The notes: generated by a model not told the origin, from the letters alone. A DNA stretch of 64,000 nucleotides from the human T2T-CHM13v2.0 reference genome, Homo sapiens (GCF_009914755.1 NC_060947.1); one strand, 5' to 3'; counted from the stretch's first letter, positions 46,834 to 61,433 are shown. Numbers and translations: made by a program.

Positions 46834-49101
46834 TGATATGGTTTGGGTTTGTGTCCCCACCCAAATATCATCTCAAATTTAATTCTCACATGTCAAGGGA
46901 GCAACCTGTAATACCCACGTGTCAAGGGAGGGAGGTGACTGGATCATGGGGGCGGTTTCCCCCATGCTGTTCTCATGATAGTGAGTGAGTTCTCACAAGA
47001 TCTGATGGTTTTACAAGTGTTTGACAGCTCTTCCTTCACACTCTCACACTCTATCCTACCGTCTTGTGAAGAAGGGCTTGCTTCCCCTTCCACCGTGATT
47101 GTAAGCTTCCTGAGGCTTCCCCAGCTATATGGAACTGTGAGTCAATGAAACCTCTTTCCTTTATAAATTACCCAGTCTAAGGGAAGTTCTTTATAGCAAG
47201 GTGAAAACAGACTAATACAGTACATTGATACCACAGAGAGTGGGGTACTGCATAAAGATACTTTAAATTGTGGAAGCAACTTTGGAACTGGGTAACAGGC
47301 AGAGGTTGAAACAGTGTGGAGGGCTTAGAAGAGGACAGGAAGATGTGGGAAAATTTGGAGCTTCCTAGAGACTTGTTGAATGGTTTTGACCAAAATGCTG
47401 ATAGTGATGAAGACAATGACATCCAGGCTGAGGTGGTCTTAGATGGAAATGGGGAACTTATTGGGAAGAGGAGTAAAGGTCACTCATGCTATGCTTTAGC
47501 AAAGAGGCTGGCGGCATTTTGCCCCTGCCCTAGAGATCTATGGAACTTTGAACTTGAGAGAGATTATTTAAGGTATCTGACAGCAGAAATTTCTAAGCAG
47601 CAAGCAGCAGAGCATTCAAGATGTGACTTGGAGTATTCTGAAAGCATTCAGTCTTATGTGTTCACAAAGAGGTAATTTGAAATTGGAACTTATGTTTAAA
47701 AGGGAAGCAGAGTATAAAAGTTTGGAAAATTTGCAGCCCGATGATGTAGTAGAAAAGTGAAACCCATTTTCTGGGAAGAAATTCAAGCCAGCTGCAGAAA
47801 TTTGCATAAGTAATGAGGAGCCAAATGTTAATCACCAAGGCAATGGGGAAAATGTTTCCAGGGCATGTCAGAGACCTTCGTGGCAGCTCCTTCCATCACA
47901 GACCCAGAGGCCTGGGAGGGAAAAATGGTTTCCTGGGCAGGGCCCAGGGCCCCTGCTGCTCTGTGCAGCCTTGGGACTTCGTAGCCTGCATCCCAGATGC
48001 TCAGATCTAGCTAAAAGGGGCCAAGGTACAGCTTGAGCCATTGCTTCAGAGGGTGCAAGCCCCAAGACTTGGCACCTTCTGCTTGGATGTCCAGGCAGAA
48101 GTCTGCTGCAGGGGTGGAGTGCTCATGGAGAACCTCTGCTAGGGCAGTGTGGAAAGGAAATATGGGGTTGGAGCCCACACACAGAGTCCCCACTGGGGCA
48201 ATACCTAGTGGAGCTGTGAGAAGAGGGTCACCATCCTCCTGACCCCAGAATGGTAGATCCACCAACAGCTTGTAATGTGTGTCTGGAAAAGACACAGGCA
48301 CTCAACACCAGCTGGTGAAGGAGCTGCCCAAGGCCATGGGAGCCGCCCCCCCTTGCATCAGCATGTCCTGGATGTGAGACATGGAGTCAAAGGGGATTAT
48401 TCTGGAGTTTCAAGATTTAATGACTGCCCAACTGGATTTCAGACTTGCATGGGGCCCCTTTGTTTTGGCCGATTTCTCCCATTTGGAATGGGAGCATTTA
48501 TCCAATGCCTGTACCCCCATTGTATCTTGGAAGTAACTATTTTGCTTTTGATTTTACAGGATCCTAGGTGGAAGGGGCTTGTCTCAGATGAGACTTTGAA
48601 CTTGGACTTTTGGGTTAGTGCTGAAATGAGTTAAGACTTTGGAGGACTGTTGGGAAGGCATGATTGGTTTTGAAATGTGAGGACATGAGATTTGGGAGGA
48701 GCCAGGGCTGGAATTATATGGTTTGGCTCTGAGTTCCTACCAAAATCTCATCTCAAATTGTAATCCCCATGTGTGGAGGGAAGGACCTGTAATACCCATG
48801 CATTGAGGAAGGGAAGTGATTGGATCATGAGGGCGGTTTCCCTCATGCTGTTCTCATGATAGTGAGTGAGTTCTCACAAGATCTGATGGTTTTATAAGTG
48901 TTTGACAGTTACTCCTTCACATGTTCACACTCTCTCCTGCTGCTTTTTGAAGAAGATGCCTACTTCCCCATCTGCCATGATTGTAAGTTTCCTGAGGTGT
49001 CTCCAGCCATGCGGACCTGTACGTCACTTAAACCTCTTTTCTTGATAAATTACCCAGTCTCAGGGAAGTTCTTTATAGCAATGTGAAAACAGACTAATAT
49101 A
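46834..49101 (+). mobile_element. Complete MaLR provirus (THE1D/MSTA-like): LTR 46834-47219, internal 47220-48713, LTR 48714-49101
   Basis: Two homologous LTRs, purine-rich tract before the 3' LTR, MaLR-internal ORF remnant (LEEDRKMWENLELPRDLLNGFDQNADSD), perfect 5-bp TSD CCTTG. Confidence 0.93.
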
Positions 49102-50159
49102 CCTTGTTAATATTGACCAAAATATTGCTTGGATTTTGACAGGAATTGCATTAAGTATATACATTAACTTGGGGGAGAATTGACATCTTTACTATGTTAA
49201 ATTTACCAGTTCATGAACCTGATATGTCCCTCCATTTATTTAGGTATTCACTGATTTCTTCCATCAGCATTTTGTAGTTTTTATTATACACTTTTGGATT
49301 TGGGACTGCCATGAGTTCAAAAGAACTCATGAAAAAATAAAGTGGTAAACTCACTGATAATTTAGAGTATTATGAAATCTAGTCTTCTCCAAATCCAGTC
49401 TTCTCCAAATAAATTAAGTCTTCTGTATTTATTTTCAAAGTACTCAAATAGCTGCTCCATGTGTTCTGTCTATGTTTTATAGCTGTATTTAGTGAGGGAG
49501 ACACTGTGCAGTTTGCTCAGTTCATTTTACCCAGAACAAAACCCAGTAATTTTTAAGTTTGAGAACGATTACATTTTAGGGGCTGAAGTTTTAATATGCT
49601 CACAGAGACAAACAATGAGGCCATAAAGCAGGAACTGAGTTCCATCCATTAAGCCATGAGCCACCCTTTTATACAAAGAAAACTGGTAAAGTTTCACCCA
49701 CAGGGCCAGAAATATAGCAAGAAAGCTCACCATTTGTTTAGGACAATAAATGGAAAAATAGTCATGTCTAAAAGAAAGGGCATATAATTAATCATTTCAA
49801 AATCATTAGGGAAATAGGCAGGGATTTTGAAAATGTGATTAAACCAAGAGAGTCAAGAAAGGGTGGTGGGAGAATAAAATATGGTTAAAATAAAACACAA
49901 GAACATTCTCCTGTGCTCATGATGAAGCAAAAGGAACTGAGTTTATCTTTTTGTCTTAAACAACTAAAAACGATGGATGAAATATATAAAACAATGGTTA
50001 TCAGGCATTGGACATCAGGCAGCAAAGGACACTGATCCTTGAAAGAATGGAAACAAAGTAAGCCCTATGATCATCTCAGCTCACTTTCAGGTCACAGCAC
50101 AGGCATGGGGAATCTAACTAGAATCTGGCGGACTCCCTGAGTCAAGGAGACACAAGTGA

Positions 50160-50249
50160 CCAAGTACTGGAGACTTCACGTACAGCATAGTGACAATAGT
50201 TAGTAATGTTTACTTGAAATTTACTAAGAGAGTGGATCTTAAGTGTTCT

Positions 50250-50291
<42 letters not shown>

Positions 50292-50580
50292 TGAGGTGAT
50301 GAATATGTTAACCGGCTTTATTACAGCGATCATTTTATAACATACACACATATCAAAACATCATGTTGTTCCCATGGTGTGACCACTCTCCCACTCCCTC
50401 CCTGCCCGCAGCGAGGAGGTGCATGGGAGGGGGCAGGGAAAAATTAAAACACAAATTTAAAAAAAGAATAACAACAACAGCAACAAAAACCAAAACATCA
50501 TGTTGTACATGCTAAATATATACAATTTTTATTTGTCAGTCATATTTCAATAAAGCTGGGGGAAAAGCAAGAAAAAAAGC
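50160..50580 (+). mobile_element. L1MA 3' end fragment containing (CA)n (50253-50289) and a small insertion
   Basis: 'tacttgaaatttactaagagagtggatcttaagtgttct', 'aaatatatacaatttttatttgtcagtcatatttcaataaagctggg'. Confidence 0.85.
50370..50490 (+). pseudogene. ~120-bp retrocopy of unidentified origin
   Basis: Perfect 16-bp TSD CAAAACATCATGTTGT (50354-50369, 50491-50506); ATTAAA followed by an A/(CAA)-rich tail. Confidence 0.7.
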
Positions 50581-50880
50581 AAATTCAAGAAAGTGGACAA
50601 AGTGATGAGATTCACAGGATAGGATGTGGGTGGTGAAGAGAAAGAAAGGGGGTGAAGGAGAGCACTCTGGAAATATGCACAGAGTCCCCTTGAATCTTTA
50701 GCTGATTGCCAGTCAGCACATGCATGTGGGAAAATTACCCAAGGCCAGGGAACGGATCACAAAAGACGAGCATGGAGGACACGTTTTGGAGCTCAAATAG
50801 GGCTGGGGCTTTGGGTTGAGTACTCAAAGAAGTACTGCTTCAGTGGAGGGCAATATTAGCCTTAAACTGCTGCTTTAATC

Positions 50881-51563
50881 TGTTACGGAAAAATTAAAAG
50901 TAAAATTTCCTGCCAACCCATGAAATTCTCTCCATGAATGGTAGAAAAGAAAGAAAACAGTTTTGTTATATTGAATGAGCATTAAACCAGACTCTTTTGC
51001 ATCACAGGCAATCTGCTAATGAGATTGCAAAAACAAAAATAACCCCATTCTTATGTATGCAATGTATCCATTATAAACATGTTCTTAAGATAAATGATAA
51101 ATTGTTCTTATGTAAGAGAACTTGACAGCACTGTTTGCTATACATTCTTTTATAGTTCATCCTAAGTTCACCTGGTAATTGGAGTAGCCATCTGTGGTAG
51201 TTAATTGCCTTTATCTGAAGGAAATATGAAACTTCTCATATCTCTATGACAAGCAGGTGCTTACAGCTTAGAGCAAGGCACCTAGGCTAAACTCCCAGGA
51301 TGACAGGGAGATATAGGGCTGCTATCTTCCTTGATGTTTACATTTCAAAGAGATGGCTTCCAGTCCCTTAAGAAAAACATTCCTGAGTTATAAGGCTGGC
51401 AAGAGGCTTATTTAGTCTTTAAAGAGATTTACATACATATCAAAGGGACAGAAGAAGGATTCACAAATGAGAAGTTTCTCAAGGAAATATTACCGAAAAG
51501 GGAGAGAGAAAAGGTCTCTTTCTCTTTTGGCAACAAGAAAAGTTCAATTTTATTTTTGTTTAC
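50881..51563 (-). mobile_element. Solo ERV1 LTR (MER34/MER39-like)
   Basis: Interrupts the L1; minus strand begins 'gtaaacaaaaataaaatt' and ends '...gtaaca'; subfamily uncertain. Confidence 0.55.
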
Positions 51564-52763
51564 TCTTCCAGATTTCATCTTACAAAGATCAAAAGCAAGC
51601 TTCAAAAGGATCAAATTCTTTCCAAGTAACTTAACTGCTTCTCAGAAAAAGCTAATAATTATTAAAAGAAATATAAAAAATTTAGTACCAAACAATATAA
51701 AATTCACAATATCTACTATCCAACAAAAAATGATCAGGTATGCAAAGACACAGGAAAATGACCCATAATAAGGAAAAAAAAATCAATAGCAGCAGACCCC
51801 GAAATTGCACAGATGATATAATTCATAGACAAGGACATTAAAACAACTTGTAAATATATTTCAGATATGTAGAGGAAAGCATAAGCATGTTAAGAAGAGA
51901 AATGGAAGATATAAAAAAGATCCACATTGAATTTGTAAAGATGAAAATATAATGTCTATGATATAAAATACACTGGATGGGATTAACAGCAGATTAGACA
52001 CTGCAATAAAAAAAGATTAGTGAGCATGAGGACATGGCAATAAAAATCATCCAAAAAAGAACATTAACAGGAAAAAGTCTGAAAATAAATGAACAGGACA
52101 TTAGTGAGCTGTAAGATGACTGCAAACAGCCTTATATGTGTGTAATTCCCAGGAGAGGAGAAAGAGGCAGGCAAAGAAAAATTACTAGGATAAGTGATGG
52201 CCAAAATTTCCCCAAATATGATAAATATATAAACCCACAAATATAAGAAACTCAACAGACTCTGAGCACAAGAAATATAAAGATGTCAAAATCAAGTTGC
52301 TCAAGAAATAGTAATAATGAAAAAATCCTAAAAGGCATCAGAAAAAAATACACATTATGTACAGAGGAACAAAGACAAAAATGATAGTATATTTTTCATC
52401 AGAAACCATGTAAGCTAGAAAACAATGAAGTGGTATATTTAAAAGAATGAAAGAAAGTACTGTCCGCCTAGAATTATCTACCTAGCCAAAATACTTTCAA
52501 AAAGAAGGAAAAATGGAGACCTTTGCAGGCACACAGAGGCTGAAACAATCATCACCAGTGGACCAGCACAAGAAATGCTAAAGGAAGTCTTTCAGGTAGA
52601 AGGAAAATACCAGGTCTACACAAAAAAAATAGATAAATACCTACTTAAAGCAGTGAATCTACATAAAGAAATAAAGGGACAGAAAAAGGTAATTACTTAG
52701 ATAAATATATATTTTTCTTATTTAAAAAATCTTGATTTCTTTTAGAACTCACATTAATTTAGC

Positions 52764-53055
52764 TTTTTTGTTTTTTTTTTTTTTTTTTTGAGATGAGTCT
52801 CGCACTGTCCCCCAGGCTGGAGAGCAATGGCGTGATCTCGGCTCACTGCAACCTTAAGTGATTCTCCTGCCTCAGCCTCCCGAGTAGCTGGGATTACAGG
52901 CGCCTGCCACCACGCCCAGCTAATTTTTTGTATTTTTAGTAGAGACGGGGTTTCACTATGTTGGCCAGGCTGGTCTCGAACTCCTGACCTTGTGATCCAC
53001 CTGCCTCGGCCTCCCAAAGTGCTGGGATTACAGGCGTGAGCCATCGTGCCTGGTC
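52764..53055 (-). mobile_element. AluS/Y with a small internal deletion
   Basis: Antisense Alu; the usual 'ctccgcctcccgggttc' segment is missing near 52855. Confidence 0.93.
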
Positions 53056-53500
53056 AGCATGTTTATTAAATAATAAAAATGAGGGGGAAAGTCATTAGTC
53101 ATTTAAATTCATGCAAAATTTAGGAGTGGAGTTTAATATGTAAAGCATAAACTCATTTCTATTTTAAAGTTTTAATTCATTAAACATAAATATTTGCCAC
53201 ATGCCATAATCTATGCTAGATACCAAGAGTACAAATATGAAAATATATGAATCTTGATATCTATGAACTTATATTTCAGATACTAATTATCTTCAGTGAA
53301 AATAAGATTATTTCATATTTTTCCTTTATATTTCCTGTTGTATCTTAATTAAAAAAATCCTCTTGATTTTAAAATAAAGAAATCATAAAGGAGATTAGAA
53401 AGCATTTTGGGCTGAATGAAAATGAAACTATGACATATCAAAAATTGAGGGTGACAACTAAAGCAGTGCTTAGAGGAAATTTTGTTATGGTCAATAGTAC

Positions 53501-54154
53501 TTTATTTTTTAAATTATTATTATACTTTAAGTTCTAGGGTACATGTGCACAACGTGCAGATTTGTTACACAGGTATACATGTGCCATTTTGGTTTGCTAC
53601 ACCAATCAACTGGTCATTTACATTAGGTATATCTCCTAATGCTATTCCTCCCCCAACCCCCCACCCCACGACAAGCCCCAGTGTGTGATGTTCCCTGCCC
53701 TGTGTCCAAGTGTTCTCATTGTTCAATTCCCACCTAAGAGTGAGAACATGCGGTGTTCGGTTTTCTGTCCTTGTGATAGTTTGCTGACAATGATGGTTTC
53801 CAGCTTCATCCATGTCCCTGCAAAGGACATGAACTCATCCTTTTTTATGGCTGCATAGTATTCCATGGTGTATATGTGCCACATTTTCTTTATCCAGTCT
53901 ATCACTGATGGACATTTGGGTTGGTTCCAAGTCTTTGCTATTGTGAATAGTGCCACAATAAACATACGTGTGCATGTGTCTTTATAGCAGCATGATTTAT
54001 AATCCTTTGGGAATATACCCAGTTATGGGATGGCTGGGTCAAATGGTATTTCTAGTTCTAGATCCTTGAGGAATCGCCACACTATCTTACACAATGGTTG
54101 AACTAATTTACACTCCCACCAACAGTGTAAAAGCATTCCTATTTCTTCACATCC
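53501..54154 (-). mobile_element. 5'-truncated L1PA 3' end inserted in the older L1
   Basis: ORF2 C-terminus MFIVALFTIAKTWNQPKCPSVIDWIKKMW; TSD CTTAGAGGAAAT at 53469-53480 and 54155-54166. Confidence 0.95.
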
Positions 54155-56108
54155 CTTAGAGGAAATCTTATAGCATTAAACACTTACATCAGAAAAGAAG
54201 AAAGGTCTCAAATAAATGACCTAAGCTTCCATCTTAGGAAACCAGAAAAAAAGAAGCAAGTCAAACATACATTAAACGGAAGGATAGAAACAAACAGTAG
54301 GGCAGAAATCACTATAATATGAAATAGAAAAACAACAAGGAAAAAAAATCATTGAAACCAAAAGTAGATTCTTTGAAAAAATCAATACAATTCATATATA
54401 TCTATTTAGACTAATCAGAAAAAAAGAGTAAAGTGCAATTTACTGGTATTCAGTAATGAAATAGGGGAACATCACTATAGATCCTAGAGATGCTAAAAGG
54501 AAAATGAAGGCATATTATGAATAACATGCTGTCAATAAATCCAGCAACATGGATAAAATGAACAAATAATCTGAAAGATCTAAACTACAAAAGCTCACTC
54601 TGAGGAAACAGATAATCTGAACAGCCCCAATACTAAAAAAGAAATTGAATTTTTATTTACAAACCTTCTCAAACTCATGTCACAGATGGCTTCACTAATA
54701 AATTCTACCAAACATTTATGAAAAAAACCCCACAAATTCTACATAAATGCTTCCAGAACATAAAAGAGGATGGAATGAAGTGAGCACTTCCTAACTAATG
54801 GTATGTGGCCAGCATTACTCTAATACCCAAATGAGACAAAAAATTTAAAAACAAAAACTATGGATCACTATCCTTCATGAACATAGATGCAAAAATTCTT
54901 AACAAAATTTGAGTAAATCATCAAATACATTATGAACAAATGATTTAATCCAAGCATACCAGGAGGGTGTGACATTAAAAAACCAATCAACATAATTCAC
55001 CATATTAAAAGATTAAAAAAAAAACAAGCCATATGGCATTTCAACAGATTCAGGAAAAGCATTTCACGACATCCAACATCCTTCATAATAAAAAACATCT
55101 CAGCAAACTAGGAAACAAAAATGAGAACTTCTTCAACCCATTATAGAACATCCAGAAAAAATCTACACGTAGTATCATATTTATGGTGAAAGCATATTTT
55201 TGCTCTGCTCCCAAGATCAGGAACAAAGGAAGAATATGGGCTCTCCACTTATATTCATTATTCTACTAGAGGCTCTAGCTAGTGCAATAAAGCAAGACAA
55301 AGAAATAAAAGGTATACAGAGTGGAAAGGAAGAAGTAAAACTCTCTTTATAGTCACATGACATGACAGTGTATGTAAAGAATCCTAAGGAATTCACAAAA
55401 GAAGCTGCTAGGACTCTTAAAGGAGTTTAGCAATATTGTAGTAAACAAGATCAATGCACAAAGATCAATTGCATTTTTATATACTAGTTACGAATTATCA
55501 GATTCCATTAAAAAATCTATGCCATTTACTATAGCTTAAAATATATAAAAACCTAGAGATAAAAATCTAACAAAATGTGTGTAATATCTATGCACTGAAA
55601 ACTACAAAACATTGCTGAAAGAAATTACAGAAGACCTAAATAAATTGAGAGGTGTACCATGATCATGGAGCTGAAGACTGAATATTGTTAGCATGTCAAT
55701 TGTCTCCAGATAGGTCTATAGATTCAATGCAATTCTAACCAAAATCCCATCAAATTTGTTTGTAGAAATTGACAAGCTGATTTTAGAATCCATACACCAA
55801 TTCCAGGAACTTAGAATAGTCAAATATAATTTTGAAAAAGGAGAATAACACTGGAATACTTATAATCGACTTCAAGACTTGTTATAAAGCTACAGTGATC
55901 AATACAGTGTGGTCCTGGCATGAATATAGGTAAATAGATCAATGGAATAGAATAGAGAGTTCAAATATAGGCCCACAGAATTGATTTTTTACAAGAATGG
56001 AAAGGCAATTTATTAGATAAGTGATAATATTTTCAACAAATGGTGCTCAACTGATTAAATATTCATATGGAAAAAAGTAAATTTTGATGCATGTCTTTTT
56101 CCATATTA

Positions 56109-56445
<337 letters not shown>

Positions 56446-56769
56446 ATAAAAAAAAAACTCAAAATGGTCATAGGCTTAAATGAAAAAAACAAAAGCTATA
56501 AAACCGCTGGAAGAAAACATAGTAGAAGATTTTTTTTAACTTTGAGTTAGGCACATATTTCTTATATGTAACACCAAAAGCAGAGTCCATAAAAGAATAA
56601 ACTAATAAATTAGATTAAATCTTCCGTTTTTAGAAAGACACAGTTAAGAGAATGAAAATACAAGCCACTGGCTAGTATAAAATATTTAAAAATCTATACT
56701 CAATATAAAGGATTTGTATCAAAACTATATAAAGAACTTTCAAATTTGAATAGACTAGTAACCATTAAA

Positions 56770-57610
56770 TAAGTCAGATTGTTAGAAAATAAAAATCCCC
56801 TCGAAGAAGGCCGAAACGACTTCATCATAGTTTTTTGTTTGTTTGTTTTGTTATTTATTTATTTATTTATTTATTTTTAGCGAATCTTCAAAAAATATCT
56901 AACCTCAACTTTCTTGGTGAATAGAAAAATGTTACATATTTTTGAGGCTAAAATGATCTTGATGCCCAAACCTGACTGAGACAGCACATGAAAAGTTTAT
57001 GGGCCAATCTTGAGTGTAAGCATAAGTGAAAAATCCTAGCTAAAATACAAGCAGATTTATTCCCTAATGAATGTTTTTTAAAATATATAAGCAAGTAAGG
57101 TTTATTTCAAGAGTGGCTTAATTAGAGAATCTGCTAATGTAATTCACCACATTAATAGATAAAAAGGAGAGAAACCATATGATTATGTTAGCTGTAGAAA
57201 AGCAACTACAATTCAACATTCATTCATAATTTAAAAACAAACAACAAAACAGACACAAAAGTGAAAAAGGATAGCTACTCCAAACCCACGGCAAACAGTG
57301 CCATTATTTTCCAACATGATACTGAAAGTTCTAACGAATGCACTAAAATGACAAAAAGAAAACAAAAAGAAAAAGAATATAAAAATATAATTCACAGATG
57401 ATATGTTTATGTATAAAATCTGTGAGAATCTATAAACAAACTATTAGAATAAGAGAATTCAACAAGGTTGCTAGATACAAGAATTTCATATAGTATCATT
57501 AGAATTCCTACATAGTAGCAATTAGCACATAAAATGTAATTGTTAAAGAAGGATCTCATTTGCAGTAGAATAAAACTCTATAAGGTATCTAGGAATAAGT
57601 CTAAAAGTAA
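56770..57610 (+). mobile_element. Highly decayed L1 ORF2 fragment
   Basis: 'aatgtaattcaccacattaatagat', 'ttcacagatgatatgtttatgtata', 'gaattcaacaaggttgctagatacaaga'. Confidence 0.7.
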
Positions 57611-57684
57611 TATTTTACTTAATATATTAAAATGATCTCATCTAAAATGTATTTGATCTATTTAATTATTTATACTTTAATCTC

Positions 57685-59060
57685 CATTCAATCAAAATTT
57701 TGAGTTCGCACCATGTGCCAAGTACTGTTGTTAGGAGATGTAGTGATAAATGAGACAAAGTTCCCACCCTCATGAAACTTATATTCTAGTGAGAGAAGGG
57801 GATAAGAAATAAAATGAGAAAAATATACAGCATTGTAGAAAAATAAATCAAGTTTAAAAATGGAGGACAAAGGGGGGTGGTATTTTAGAGTAAGTGGTAG
57901 AAGGAAAGGAGAAGACATATAATAGAGACCCAAGTGAAGTGGGGGAGCTTGCAAAGGTGGGGGTAAGGGGGGGATAGCTTTTCAGGCAGAGAAAGCAGCA
58001 AGGGCAAAGGCCCTGAGGTGGAGAGAGCATGGCAGGTCTAAAAACAGCAACATGAAGTCACTGTGGCTAGAGGAGTGAGTGAGGTGGAGAATGGTGGAAG
58101 ATGAGGTTACAGAGTTATGCATGGAACAGATTATAGGGCCTTCCTTGTAAGCTATCATAAGGACATAAGAAGTATAGATTTTCATTTGAGTAAGATGGGA
58201 ATGCCACTGGAGGGTTTTGAACAGAGGAGTAACACAATTTGATTTGTGTTACAAAAGGATCATTTTGACTTTTGTGTTGTGAATAGAATATAGGGTGGTA
58301 AGGCTACGTAGACTCAGGGAGGCCAGTTAGGACAATATTGCAGCAACAAAGTGAGAGATCATGGTGTCTGGGAACAGTGTGGCAGTGGTAGAGAAGGTGA
58401 GAAGTGGTTCAGTTCTGAATATGTTCCGAGGAGAAAGCAAAGGGATTTGCTGATACAGTCGTCCCTCTATATCTGCTATGGGGGATTCGTTCCAGCTCTC
58501 CCCTCATCAAAATCTGTGGAAGCTCCAGTCTTAATGGCGTAGTATTTGTATATAACATACACACGTCCTCCCGTATACTTTAAATCATCTCTAGACTATA
58601 ATATCTAATACTATGTAAATGCCATGTAATAGTTGTTGTACTGTGTTTTTTATTTTATTTGTATTTTAATTGTTTTTTACCCCCTTGAATATTTTCAATC
58701 TGAGGTTGGTTAATTTGCGGATAAGGGCTGACTGTAGTTTCAAGGTATTCTGGCTTGAGTGATTGCAAGGATAGTTTTCCATCAACTGAGATGGAGCATG
58801 CTAGGGGTGGAACAAGTTTTTAAGGAAAAGTTAAGGATTCAGTTTTCAACATGTTAAGTTTGAGGCATCTCTTAGACATCCAAGTTGGGATGTCAAGAAA
58901 GCAGTTAGATATATGATCTAGAATTTAGGGGAGAAATTAGGTCTAAACAGGTAAATTTAGAAGCCATCAGCTTCTTGATGGTAATTAAAACCAGGAGACT
59001 GGATAAAGTAATCTTAGGAACGAACATAGAAAAGAAAAGACAAATAAGGACTGAGCACCC
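57685..59060 (-). mobile_element. L2 split by MER2
   Basis: 'accatgtgccaagtactgttg', 'gcaagggcaaaggccctgaggtg', 'catgttaagtttgaggcatctcttagacatccaag'. Confidence 0.85.
58456..58734 (+). mobile_element. MER2 (Tigger MITE)
   Basis: TA-CAGTCGTCCCT...AGGGCTGACTG-TA termini; 'gtatactttaaatcatctctaga'. Confidence 0.88.
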
Positions 59061-59449
59061 TGAGTAGTTAGTTAAACAGCATGTGAACCATTTTGTTCTT
59101 GATCACTTAGTTTTTTTGGATCCAAGTGATGGATCCTGTTCTTTCTCCTCTTAAGCTTGGTATTTTCTACATTTGCCAATGTCAGTGTGTTTTCCTATAG
59201 TTTATGTGGGAAACACCACTAAGTCTCTTGTTTCTGCCATCCTTAGCTTCTCACAACTAGGTCAGTTAATTTCCTCACCTGTAGTCAGTCCAGTCCCAGT
59301 TTTTAAAACAATTCATATTGGAAGCATGAAGAATTTCAGAAATATCTAGATCTTCTTCAGCAGGGCTTAGGATCACATTGCTGTCTTTATTGGCTAGGAA
59401 TAGAGCTCCCCTCTCCAGGACTCTGCATTTCCATTAACAGAAGTGAAGA

Positions 59450-60965
59450 GCAAGCCTTGATCACCCACCCATTTCCTCCCCATCAACAATCACAGAGGTG
59501 CCATGACTATCTGCCTTAAGATCACAGAACTAAGTCCTTTATACCTTTCAACTTTGTTTATGTCAGTCATGACAAGAACCCTGGAACTCCTTGGCCACTA
59601 CCTGTGTATCTCATGTTCTAATCCTCATACAACTTTGTATATTTCCCTATTCTTACCTCTTAGCCCTCTCCAGATCCTGAAATCCTTCTATTGTGTCCTC
59701 TAAAACCACAGTCCTGGTTTGCCCAGGACAATTTCAGTTTACACATGATGTACCACTGTCCTGCCTCTGTCATTCTCTAGAGTGTCCAAGACTGGATGAT
59801 AAATTATACAGTCCCCTCATCTAGAACCCAAAGTCATCAGCGAAATCCCCTGTATCCATTCCCTGTTTGCTGAATGCTCCCCTCACCTTCTTGAGTTAAC
59901 TGAAATCTGGATCCCCCCAAGGACTTTACAGCCCTTTCAAGCAGTGTTTTTTTTTATCCCATATCCTGAGGCCCCTCATTGCTGCTTCCAGATCATTCTC
60001 CCTTTCTCCTCCCTAAAAATCCCCAATCTTTGAATTCCCTGTCACGGAGTATATTACCCACCATCCTACCTTGCTGTTATTTATAGAACATCAGTGCCCC
60101 TCCAGTTTCTCAAAAGTTTTGGCTTCTGTCTCACTGTCACTCTCTCCAATTAATCTTGTCTTAATTCTTTATGATCCTAATATCTCAATACCTGATCCTT
60201 CCAACATCTCATCCTCTCAATTCCTTGAAACTCCCCGCTTCCAGTTTCATCCTCCACCTAGTCGCAGCTCCTTGCCTCTCTCTTGTCCTTATTAATAACT
60301 CCTTCTCCTCTCCTCCAACCCCAGAGCTGAATATGGCTGGGGAAAAACACAAAATGATACTCTCACTTTAAATTCAAGCCCACAAACCTCAAGTGGGCAC
60401 TTAATGTTGCCAGGAAATCACATAATATTATCCTAGTCCATTTACTCTGCTGGTTTCCTAGACAACTATTTTATACCTTCTCCTCTCCCTTCAAGCCTCT
60501 AATGCCTCAGCACACATCCTCATTCTCAGCCCACGACCTTGCTTCCGGTTTCACTGAGAAAACAGAGGCAATCAGAAAACAAAGCCCACAAATTTCTACC
60601 ACCATATCTTTTCACCTACCTAAATCTGTGTGTGTACTCTACCCTTTCTCCCATTATGATGGATGAACCGTCTCTGCTCCTAGCTAGGTCAACCCCACTA
60701 CTTGTTCACTAGATCCTATCCCCTTCTGGCAGTCCCCTCCTCTCTTGCCCTTGTAGTATAAATCCCACCCCCACCCCTCCAACCCTGGCCGCCAACAGGT
60801 TATTTCTCATCAGATTTAACCATGCTATTTTTGCTCCCACTCAAAAATTTAAAACATCTTTTGAGCTACCATCCCTTGCTCACTATTTAGCCCCTATCTC
60901 CGCTCCCCTTTACAGCAAAATTACTCGCTAGAATTTTCTATATTCAATCTCTGCCATTTCTCTTT
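59450..60965 (+). mobile_element. L2 ORF2 region
   Basis: C-rich sense-strand L2 ('ttaactgaaatctgg', 'gaccttgcttccggtttcactgagaaaacagaggcaatcagaa'). Confidence 0.75.
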
Positions 60966-60979
60966 GCCCATTTTTTGAA

Positions 60980-61433
60980 CGTTTTATTTTGAAATAATTA
61001 TAAACCACATGAAGTTGCAAAAATAGTACAGAGAGGCCCTTTGTAAACTTTACCCAGATTTCCCCAATAGTCACATCCTACAAACTACAGTATTTCAAAT
61101 CCAGGAAATTGATATTGGTACAATGTGTGTGAATAATTCTATGCCATTTTATCATATATGTAGGTTTGTGTAACAACCATAGCAATCAAGATACAGAACT
61201 GATCCATTACCACAAAGAACTCCTTCCTGCTACCCCTTTATAGCCACACATACTCCCCTCTCACCCACCTTCCCTATTCCCTGGCAACCACTAATCTGCT
61301 CTCCATCTCTGTAATTTTCTCAAATAGAAAATATGATATAAATGGAATCCTATAATATGTGACCTTTTGAGATTGCCTTTTTGCACTCACTGTAATATCC
61401 TTGACATCCATTTGTTAATGTATGTGTCTATCA
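60980..61433 (-). mobile_element. L1MC 3' end (resumes briefly at 62319-62372)
   Basis: 'ttttattttgaaataattataaaccacatgaagttgcaaaaatagtacagagagg'. Confidence 0.85.

Noticed and set aside
47316-48634. Cluster of ORFs up to 119 aa
   Set aside because: Fragments of the decayed MaLR internal ORF, broken by stops and frameshifts
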